A DNA stretch of 36,487 nucleotides from Basidiobolus meristosporus CBS 931.73 (Eukaryota > Fungi > Basidiobolomycota), in the NCBI GenBank assembly GCA_002104905.1, contig MCFE01000784.1:1-36487 (forward strand), given 5' to 3'. Shown piece by piece: positions 23,700 through 33,495 of this stretch. Numbering within the stretch: position 1 is the first letter of the stretch; each line of letters begins with the position of its first letter. Under the pieces are notes generated by a model, which saw nothing but the letters and a program-made list of their open reading frames with translations, ran no database searches and had not been told where the DNA came from. The translations under genes and the position numbers were made by a program.

Positions 23700-24320
23700 A
23701 ACTTGCCACCAATAAGTTGTTAGTTTCTAAGTGGAGTTAGGTGATAGCTAAGCCAAATTTGGACTATCTAGCACACTAGATATGATCCAGTAATCCTACC
23801 TCACAAGGATAATGGAGTATTGTTACTTAGGAAAGCTGCAGAACAGTCTAAGAGAACATACATACTCAGAGGCAACATCACAATTATGGCAAACAGTGAG
23901 GTCAACTTGTTTGCAGTGGGAGCTAGAGAAGTGGTACCAAGGGCCAACCTAGGGGTTATAATGGGTCCAGAAGATCACGGACTTGTCTATTTGCACTGTA
24001 AAGCAAGCTCTATGCTGGAAAACTCTGTCAGAAGTAGCAGTAGCTTATTGGAGCTGTTATGGTAGATTTATGCAACTGGAAAGTGCCAGATCAGGTTATA
24101 CTGTTTAAGCACAATAGTAAATATGAGACCATATCTATCCTGTTTAGGATGAAACCTCTATGAATAGCTGCCAATCAGGCTGTGGCACTATGTGATACCA
24201 AATCAAGCCTGTTAAGATGCTAAGGGCAGATCTGAATACCATAACAGTGATATAAGTCCCAGAAAGTTATGCCTATATTGGAGGATATATATGATCTATC
24301 TAAGTCCGTTTTAGACGGCA
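23700..24320 (+). pseudogene. Highly degenerate copia-like gag knuckle/protease remnant
   Basis: SIC...LCWK (23983-24021); W.V.D(S)GYT with a 1-nt deletion (24077-24102); VI*VPE resembling VLYVPE (24247-24264). Confidence 0.4.
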
Positions 24321-24988
24321 GGAAGCACCAAAAGATGTAGCCTCAGTGGGAGTACAATATCCCAGAACAGGAATGAAGAAGAGCTAGGCTAGATACCATT
24401 GAAAGCACCAGCCTGGATGTGGAAATACTTGGTCAACCAGTGAGGAATAAGGCAACTACAATGCTGAAAAGTTGTTGGCCTTGGCAGATCATATATGAAG
24501 GAAGTCATTATTCAGATTGAGCTATGGGTATATGGAGGATAGTTTATGTGAATCAGACTATATAATGGAACAGCAGATGATCCAGATCTAGTGGAGAGAC
24601 AACCACATCTAAACTTTGCCAATTATTGACCAATTTTACTCAAATAAGGGACAGCAGATAGCCTGAGAATGCAGCTATCCAATGATATAAACTATGCCAG
24701 GATATAATCAGTGTCTGATAAGCTTCACTCCAATCAAATGGATGATACTCATTCATAGATTTTTGTGATGAGATTAGAATTGGGACTCACAGCAATTTGA
24801 TCTGAAATATGTAACTAGCAGTATGGACTTATACTTAGTTATTACAGATAACATGCAATCCTTAACATATATGTAAGAATACACTAGTCCAATGGGTTAG
24901 ATGGTTAAATGCAGGTTTAATTTCAACCAGAAAATGCACTACATCACAGCAAGCTCATAAGTATATGAATATATTATGTGAGTGGGAG

Positions 24989-25337
24989 TGTTGAAATATT
25001 TAGGAATCCACCTAATTATTAATCTATTATGAACTAGCACTAAATTAAGTGAGGTATTTCAAATTATGAGCTTAGAGATTAGTTTTTAAGATATTTGCTA
25101 ATTATCAGGAATTAGTGAAGTACAGAATTTTGAGAATATCTGAAACCTGTCCAAATAAGCTGAAACTTGGCACATGTACTCCTGAGACTTCCCTAATAAT
25201 GACCAAATAGTCACTTGTACATAGTTCTGCAGTGAGTATAAATACTCTGTTGCAACTCAATAAAATAACAAGTGAAAATCATGTAAATCTTCTAACTCTC
25301 CAATTCACTTCAATATATAACTCTAAATATTTCAGCA
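24989..25337 (+). repeat. 3' LTR, divergent family A relative, preceded by PPT 24980-24988
   Basis: GAGTGGGAG|TG; 14-bp terminal inverted repeat TGTTGAAATATTTA / TAAATATTTCAGCA; TATAAATA near 25237. Confidence 0.85.
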
Positions 25338-25669
25338 ACTTTGTATCATTCAGCAGCTGAAAGCTTACTTAACATCTCTGGAGTAGTCTTAGTCACTGTA
25401 GAAGAAATTTACAGACCTAGCCTTACTACTCTTGGGTCAAGATCAAATTAGCACTTTTACGAAGCATTATGCGCTAACCCAGAAGCTGTTAGAGAATGCT
25501 TGTAGGTGTTGAGAAACCATCCCTACATAGTGTCCCAATTGCATTACTTCCACAGGGAAATAAATACTTAGCTACTCTATGAATAAATAACAGCTTAACT
25601 ATTGTCATTATTCCAAATACGTACCTTAGATCCAAAACACTTCTTAAATTACAACACACTAGAGGAACA

Positions 25670-26480
25670 AGTCAATTGCATTATGCTAGGCCATGAGTTC
25701 CTGATGCTCCTATGGTATGCTGGTCTTGAGGAGAGGGTACATGTGACCCCTCATAGGCCCTTAATATACTAGCCCACTTTTTATCAATGCACTCAATGGT
25801 GCCGCATATCTTTAGTTGCTTTTGGAGTTTAGGCTTTGGACAAAGACTACAGTCTCTCCCTACCAAACTGTAATTTGTATTTCAGTAAGTTTATTTTTAG
25901 GCACTGTTTCTATACATCAAAGACTGTACAGTGTGCTTCAACTGTGACATTGGGGAATAGCTTAACTTTTTCCTGTGACATGGAGCTTCTAAGATCCTTC
26001 TCTACAGAAAAGATAACGCATTGTCTCTGGGTGATATTATCATGGTCATTTGCTGGTGTCCTACCAGAGGTATTGAATTTGATGCATTTGTATCTGCCCA
26101 AGCATTATGACCAGTAAGTAGCACTGCAGAGATTATTGGTTACCTAATTGAATGAGGGATAAGGAGTTGGTATTAATACCTCCAGTAGGCACACTTTACA
26201 CATTGTATTACTTGGATATAGCTCTACTTGTTATACTGGATGTCAATGCAAGCTGTTGTCCAACTATTCTTTTACAGTTGTCTTTGATGGCATTTGATTG
26301 GGAACCAGACATCTTTACTTTATCTTTTAGCTCTATATACATGGTAGTGAGTCAAAGAAAGGTGTAGATGTGTTTAATATACAAGTGTAAGTGGTACCGG
26401 ACCTTTTTTATGCTCCTCACTTTAGTGTGTCATTGCTGAATCTCACATTCATTCAGGTGCCATGTCTCAAATATAAAGAG
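25670..26480 (-). pseudogene. Orphan ORF family X, copy C
   Basis: Inverted homologue of 22680-23210 with about 260 bp extra; IP*EHQELMA*HNAIDLF. Confidence 0.65.
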
Positions 26481-26768
26481 AACTGAAATCACCAGAAGAA
26501 AAGGCCAAGAGCCTTGAAGTCCACTTGTCTGAGTACTGTAGACAAATTGCTATAACAAATTTCCAGAGCAGAATGTGCAAATTACACTTGGAAGTCAATA
26601 TGAGATACCTGCTAGTTATGTTCAGATGCTAATAAAATGCATCTTAGATAAAAGCATCCTACAAAGATGCTGCAAGGAGAAAATAAGATTATCCATTTGA
26701 CAGAATCACTCTGTTGTATGATGTGTTAGAGTACTGGGTATGCAAACCTCTGACACAGATGTGATACA

Positions 26769-26932
26769 TGCTGCAAAAGTTATGGAGACATTGGCAACAA
26801 TTTAGCAGACAAGTTTACCTTGTGGTTTTCACTAGGTGCATCATTGAATGTAAAGTAGTAATTATACCCTACATGGTCTTAGAAAAGAAAACATGCAGAA
26901 AAGGGCAAAGTTTGAGGCTGTTTGGGCAACTT
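26769..26932 (-). repeat. Partial degenerate antisense LTR, family A
   Basis: Aligns to 9862-10054 with an internal deletion. Confidence 0.7.
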
Positions 26933-26951
26933 GCATGGTTTTGGCACAATA

Positions 26952-27671
26952 GACATGTTTCATTGGATAGTGCCACAATAAGCCAGTGGTGCCAAATGAT
27001 GCCATAGTGTGCCAGTGAGGCCAATAGAGCCTCTACTTGACCACAGAGTGCTCTGCATCTTCATACCAAGCAGAGCCTGTGTTTCACCCATCATGCCAGA
27101 GAAGATCCATTTTTTGACCTATTTTTGTGGATCAATGTTGTGTAGGATGTATAAGAGCTCAAAGGATTGAAGACGTGCATCTGGTACTCAATACACATGG
27201 CACTCCAAATCTAGCTCCTATGGCTTGTATCATGTCACAAAAATGCATGGCATTATCTTGGTTCACTGGTATTATCTGGCAATATAAGTGCTTTGTATGA
27301 GTTTTACTTTACAGTTGATAATTGAATATAGCATCAGTTAGTACCAGTAGATCAAGATAGTGCCATGCATCATTGCAACATGCTAAAAGCCACAGGAGCT
27401 GAATTCAGAGTCCATGGAAATTAAGTACCAGATGCATGCCTTCAATCCTTTTGTGCTCTTAAGCATCCTGCACAACATTAAACCAAAAAAACAGATCAAA
27501 AAATGGATTTTCTCTGGCATGATGGGTGAAACACAGGCTCTGCTTGGTATGAAGATGAAGAGCTATGTTTCACACTCTGTGTCCAAGTTTAGGTCTGTTA
27601 TGCCACTCTGGCACACAATGGACCTATTTGGCTCTCATGGCTTTATGGGGCACTATTCAACAGAACAAGTC
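26952..27671. mobile_element. 720-bp foldback / MITE-like element flanked by TA
   Basis: Inverted arms about 26952-27278 and 27335-27671, with a perfect 48-bp stem (27056-27103 / 27510-27557); TA|GAC...GTC|TA ends. Confidence 0.85.
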
Positions 27672-27681
27672 TAATGAACAT

Positions 27682-27902
27682 GACCACTAGGTTTAGGAAG
27701 TTCACAAGCACATATATGCAATGCTTGGGGCTGTTACAAAAACTCTAAGAATACCCATATTATAGATGTTTGATATATGGGTGAAGAAATTTCAAACATA
27801 TCTCAACAGGAAATACAATTGGCATTCATCAAGATTTGTATGCAATGATTGAGGTGACTAAGTTAGGTCATTACCTCACTAGAATTATGAATTTTTACAA
27901 CA
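27682..27902 (-). repeat. Partial degenerate antisense LTR, family A
   Basis: Aligns to about 9995-10193; ends TACAACA. Confidence 0.72.
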
Positions 27903-27919
27903 AAAGTTGCCCTCCTCAC

Positions 27920-28110
27920 TTGCCTGAAGTACAGGGATAATGGTTTGCCACTTGTATGTTTAAATTGTGTCAATTTTTAGTCAAATCAATTAGTTGTATG
28001 TCTAGCCTATCTGTATATCAGTATTATCTGCCACATTAGTAGTATTAGGCAGCAGATCCTTACAAGGTAGAAACAGGTACACTAAGTGAGATCAACCTAT
28101 CTACCATAGC
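27920..28110 (+). repeat. Repeat family D (second copy about 32060-32230)
   Basis: Shared TTTTAGTCAAATCAATTAGTT...TATCTGTATATCAGT block. Confidence 0.75.
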
Positions 28111-28129
28111 CTCCACATCTTCATTTGTT

Positions 28130-28760
28130 GGCAGAGTGGAGATCCCACCAACAGACAAGGCTACAGTGTAAAGAACTTGAAAGACTATCACAATGCCTTC
28201 AATGGAGCTTTGAAACATTAATAGGCACAGCAAGAGGTTACAGCACTTCTTCAAGAGCAGTACTCAAGAGAATGCTCTTGAATACTGCATAACTTGATGT
28301 AAAGACTGCCAGATTATGTGCTAGACCTTGCAGTGCTGGCCAAAGACCAGGGCATATGGGAACCAGTGAATGAACAGCAACATAAAGCCATAGGACTCTC
28401 ACCATTGTAATGGAAACAGAGCATTACAGCAGGAATACCAATCAAGTGGTGCATTTTAATGGAGTTACTTGTTGAGTATAAGGTTAGGCTTAATGTTACT
28501 GTAGGATACAGAGACTAATACAGGTTGCTACAATTGGCAATTGAGATACAACTGAAGTCCAAATGGAAACAAATCAATTAGTATGCATGACAAGTAAGGG
28601 AAATGGATGAGTCAGGAAGTAAAGAGTGAGAAGAAGAGGCAATAGCAAATCAATGCATACAAGCATAGGAGGTGATAGAGTGTCTAGGATCAGAAAGTGT
28701 GCAAATTGACAGAGAGCCAATTGAAAGCCACATTTGTATTATTGTGACAAAATATTTTGA
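28130..28760 (+). repeat. Family X distal fragment
   Basis: Inverted homologue of about 15086-15680. Confidence 0.78.
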
Positions 28761-28829
28761 CCAGGTGCTTTGTAAACATGAGTTGCAATTATTTTTCAAC
28801 AGTCTTTGCACATTGTCCTGATGGGATCA

Positions 28830-29418
28830 ATAACTCTGAGTCATTGGACTTTACATTTGTGGCAGCCTTTAGATGGGATCATCACCATAACATCTCATAG
28901 GGGAAGATATCCTCAAAGCAGTATTAAGGACTAGATATGGACATAGTGAGTACTTAGTCAGAGGTTGTGGCTTCATCAATGCTCCAGCGTTGTTTGTAAC
29001 TTTGATTAAAACTGTTTTCCAGCAGTACTTGAACAAGTTTATGGTTAAGTCTGCAATGATATGTTGATATATAGTAACACAGAAGAAGTCTGCTTGGTGC
29101 ATATTAATGAGGTTCTGAAGAAGCTAGGGGAGAAGTTGTATGGCAAGCCAGCCAAGTGTAGGTTCTTCAACAAGCATCTTGAACATCTGAAACACCTAGT
29201 CACTAGCATAAGAGAGGCCTCAGACCCCAAGAAAGTGGAGGCTATCAGGAATCCAAAGCGGCCCCATTGCATTTCAAAACTTTGATCATTTCTTGGAAGG
29301 TTTCCTATTATTAGAGAATTGTCAAGTCTTTAACAAGTATTGTAGCCCCATTGATCGATATCTTCATAAACAGCAACACTTTGGAGTGGGACGTAGCCTG
29401 TGAGAACTGCATCTCAGA
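28830..29418 (+). pseudogene. pol: Ty3/gypsy RT fragment
   Basis: RTRYGHSEYLV...NAPALF; LIYSNT; KCRF; SDPKKVEAI; L*SFLG; APL. Confidence 0.88.
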
Positions 29419-31148
29419 TGCTGTGGTGGTTTATAAGTCTAAGGGAGAAATATATCCAACACTTCTTAAGTTCTATGTGCATGCAGTGCTTACTGGGTGC
29501 AATAATCTCTGCCAAAAGCTTGCTAGGGATATGTAAGTTTTGTCTCTACTCCAATGTGAAGGGAATAATGCCATAAGCTTGGTAAGGGAAAACTATTGAG
29601 CTGCAATCCCCAACTTAGTTGGTGTCCTAATAAAAGTATGTGCTGGGACAAGTGTGCCTTGAGATGATTATGTACTAAAGCCTCCAAACTCAAAACTACT
29701 GCAAACTCCAGCAGCAGGGGCTTGGGAAGAATGCATCTGTGATCAATAGTTACAAAGACAGAAAGAATCTTTGCCTGCACTAGAGCAAACTTGGGAAAGA
29801 ATCTAATATAATAAAGGATACCTACTCCTAGTATTGCTCATAAGTAGTTCCTCCAATATCAGTTTGCTGTCAGCATGGTTTCCTAGGAGTGTCCTGTGGT
29901 CTGGGATTGGAATCTCAGGTAGCATCAAGTAGCAAGCAACACACTAATCAACAAGCTGGTTTATTGATAAATGGGATGATAATTTATTTTTGAGGGATTG
30001 CCTCCTTTATGTACTTTTCTCACTGTCTAAGTGATTACTAATCATGGTGCTCTAGAAGGTTTGGAGAACAATAGAAATCTTAATGACATCAGAATGAACT
30101 AAGAATGTTCCAAGTAAACAATGAAGATTCTAAGAGGCTCAACACATGCAACCAATCAGGGATTGGCATTTTGAGATTTGTAAAGCACAGGGATGCCATT
30201 TATGGAATGGAATTGGTAGGAATGGTGACTTTGTAGTGGGGTCATAGTGACACCCACTGACAGATGTGCCCATTCCCATATTTTATACTTCCCTCTATTA
30301 CACAGGTTTCATAATACTGATTCCTGAAGGGTTGAATGTGCTATGCCTCTTAGAACCTTCCAGCACCTACTTAGGATACTCTTGGCTCATTCAGATATCA
30401 TTAAGATTTCTATTGATCCCTGGAACCTTCTGGAACACCATGATTAATAATCACTTAGCCAGTTATAAAAGTATATAAGGGAGGTTATCCCTCAACAATA
30501 AATCATCATCCTTTTTATCAATACACCAACTTGTTGATTAATGTGATCACTGCTACCTGCTATTACCTGAACTTCCAACCCCAGACCACAGAACACTCCC
30601 AAGAAACCATGCTGACAGCCAGCTGAACTTGGAGGCACTACTTGTGAGGAATACTCAGAGTAGGTATCTTTTATTATATTTAATTCTTTCCCAAGTTTGT
30701 TCTTGTACAGGCAAAGATACTCTTCTGTCTTTGTAACTATTGACCACAGCTGCATTCTTATCAAGTCCCAGCTGGTCAAGTTTAGAGTTGTTTTGACTTT
30801 GGAAGCCAGATGTTATTGCACCCAGTGAGCATCCCACACACAAAACACTTAAGAAGTGTTGGATGTACCTCTCCCTTGGACTTATGCACCACCACAACAT
30901 GGTGTTGGCAATGTGCCACATATCTTGGCACAGGATCTTGTTTACTATAAAAGCGCTTATACTCAGTAATCTTACATAAAGAGAGGCACAACTTATAAAA
31001 AAATAAGCATTTTTCCTAGTTAGTTACTTATGGGACAGCACTGATCTAATAAGACAAATGGGATAAAGCTAAAATAGGGTAGTAGAAAAATAAGAAGATA
31101 ATATGGAAATGGGCTAATCTGTCATTGGGTGACATTAGCCCCATGACA
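29419..31148 (-). repeat. Antisense LTR family B, split by a sense copy of the same LTR
   Basis: 29419-30231 and 30900-31148 together reconstruct the 11817-12882 LTR; gypsy RT/RNaseH continues on both sides. Confidence 0.85.
30232..30899 (+). repeat. Sense solo LTR family B with two internal deletions
   Basis: TGTAGTGGGG...CCACAACA; lacks segments of roughly 240 and 170 bp present in 11817-12882. Confidence 0.88.
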
Positions 31149-31263
31149 ACACACAAGAACGATCTTGCTTAGCTACCAAGCTTAAGAATATCTGGCTTCA
31201 AAAAGGAGTATACTCTCAGCCAGATGCTTCAGATTATGCAATTGGTGGGGTACTGAGCCAGTA
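31149..31263 (+). pseudogene. pol: Gypsy RNaseH start, continuing 28830-29418
   Basis: PDASDYAIGGVLSQ. Confidence 0.8.
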
Positions 31264-32054
31264 AAATACAACTTTGATTATCCTTGTAAAGAGATGTTTG
31301 TTCATCTGAATTATAACCTCAGACTTTTAATAATTGTTTTGGCTATATAGCCTCCTTAGTTGCTTGACAAGCAGCCATATACTCAGCTTCAGTTATAGAC
31401 AGGGCCACAGTTGATTATTTCTTGCAATTCTGAGTAATAGCTGCAACAGCATAAAGAAGAACATACCCAGTGGTAGAGCAACTGTCAATGGTTTCAGTGG
31501 CTTTTGATCTGAATTCTCCTCTGCTCTTGATCAGCTTCTGAGCTCTGCTATTAGCAACTTATGGCCTTCAATGTCCTCACAATACCCAAGAAAGATCCCT
31601 TTTCTACTCTTTGGTTCTAACATTGAGCATTTTTTGTCAGAGATGTGATAAAAAACATCACTGTCAAAGATTCTGATGTGCTGGAGGCCTGTTTTTTTTC
31701 CTATATATGCTTTAAAGGGTATAGAGGCACATAGTGCTGTTGTTGGGCATCTATACTTGCTGAATATCATGGTAGCAACAGATTCAGCCCAAAGTTGTAG
31801 TCTATTCCCTTATGTTGTAGCATAGATCTTTTTATCTTCATTACTAATCTATTTGGACATTCTGCTACTCTAGAATGCTGTAAAGTATGCCAAACTTGGG
31901 TCAGTTGAAGTTTACTAGAACATAATCAGTATATTGCAAGCTTCTTTGAACAGTATTCCCCCCTATTGTGACTCTTAAGTACCATGAATTTGCACCCAGT
32001 TTGAGTTTTTGCCATGTTCTTGAAGTGCTTAAACATCTCCAAAACCTAATCCTT
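31264..32054 (-). pseudogene. pol: Internally deleted copia pol (INT joined to RNaseH)
   Basis: Aligns to about 33712-33936 and 35275-35855; about 1.3 kb of RT is missing. Confidence 0.88.
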
Positions 32055-32423
32055 TGTTATGATCTTCCACTTGAATATTTAAGTTAGATCAGCTTTTAGT
32101 CAAATCAATTAGTTATATATTTAGGTTATCTGTATATCAGTGTTATTTATCAAATCAGTAGCATTAGTCAGGAAATGAATCAACAGATTCTTATCAGACA
32201 GAAATAGATATGTCAAGTAGGATCTTATTGGGTGATGATGATACAATCAAATGAATCATCAGCCACAGCCAACAATAGGAAATACAATTAGTTGGCAATG
32301 GATTGGGAAAAATGTATACAAGGAGCTGCTGGAACCTCAATAAAGATCAGTTCAAGTTTTAGTGAATACAATACTAGCTAAATTCCCTATTCCTCTACAA
32401 CTCTTATACCAAGACTTGTAACA
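32055..32423 (+). repeat. Candidate gypsy 5' LTR (contains family D repeat)
   Basis: TGTTA...TAACA ends followed by a TGG PBS; the left boundary is ambiguous because TGTT also fits the flanking copia. Confidence 0.5.
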
Positions 32424-32424
32424 T

Positions 32425-32434
32425 TGGTAGCAGC
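32425..32434 (+). other. Candidate PBS TGGTAGCAGC (tRNA 3'-end type, possibly iMet)
   Basis: One base after ...TAACA and upstream of gag. Confidence 0.6.
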
Positions 32435-32511
32435 AATAGCCAGAAACATCCCTCCTGAAGAAAGAAGAAGCCTCCCTCAAGATTTTCAAAAATTAAGAAT
32501 GGAAGAATGCT

Positions 32512-32943
32512 ATGCAACAAATCCTGGCCCAGCAGCAACAAGGAATGACTACCATGGCCCAAAGCCAGCAAAACCCTGTCAAGAGCAACTTTAGTGTGAA
32601 GGTAAACTGGTACCATGGTAGAGTCAATGAAAACCTGGGAACTTGGCTCTTCCAGATTGAAGATGCTTTCAAGGCTAAGGGAATTGCTTCAGATAGCAAG
32701 TTATATTATACAGCCTCTTACCTGGCAGATGCGGCTTTACAGTGGTACCACAACAAGATCTGGTCAGCCACCTTGATGGGATGCTCAACAACCCCTACCT
32801 GGGATGAGTTTGTGTTGGAAATTCAGGATGCCTTTGAGCCTCCACACCAACCTACACTACTAAAACAAAAGTTGAAGACCTTGAGACAGAAAGGAATGGT
32901 CCATGAGTACATCTATGAATATGTGAACACCTTCCTGTTATGA
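32512..32943 (+). pseudogene. gag: Ty3/gypsy gag (Retrotrans_gag-like), truncated
   Basis: YHGRVNENLGTWLFQIE...YLADAALQWY...TWDEF...FEP...LKTLRQKG.V.EY. Confidence 0.85.
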
Positions 32944-33126
32944 TAAGTGTTCTAACTAGATAAGGGCAGAGATAGGTGGGAGGGCATGTGGGGGAATCAA
33001 AGGGAGGTTACTGGGGGACTTAGGGTAGGACTCTAGGAGAACTCTTGGGCAAAGAGTGAGTACTACATTTAGTACTCACACAGCACATGTCAGTAAAATA
33101 CACCAATACCCCTCAAAAGAGCACCC

Positions 33127-33495
33127 TGTTGCAATTTAAGAAGTGATTTGGATATAAGGAACTTATCAAGAAATAGTGATAATAGTTGAACTGTTGTTTA
33201 TTCATAAAGAAGCTCAGTATTTATACCTTTGTAGAAGTAATACAGCTGCAACACTAAGTAGGGAGGGTTTCTCAATATTCAGGAGCATTCTGTAACAGTT
33301 TCAGGGTTAGTACATAATGTTTGGTAATAGTGCTAATTTGATCCTGACTATAGGGGAATAATCATAAGATCATATATCTGGAGAAAGTGGCAAAGTTAAG
33401 GCAGTAAATGAGTCCTACAGTGACTAAGACTAGCGTAGAATTGTAAAGTAAATTTTTAGCTGCTGAATGATACCAAATAGTCCAATATTTCAACA
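33127..33495 (-). repeat. 3' LTR of young copia, family E (369 bp), PPT at 33496-33503
   Basis: TGTTG...CAACA; AGGGGGAG on the minus strand; pol stop codon overlaps the LTR start. Confidence 0.93.

Noticed and set aside
30900-30913. TGGTGTTGGCAATG as a PBS after LTR B
   Set aside because: It is the continuation of the antisense host LTR B (30900-31148), and no gag follows
32936-32945. TGTTATGAT as a 3' partner of the LTR starting at 32055
   Set aside because: Similarity is limited to 9 bp and the downstream sequence is unrelated
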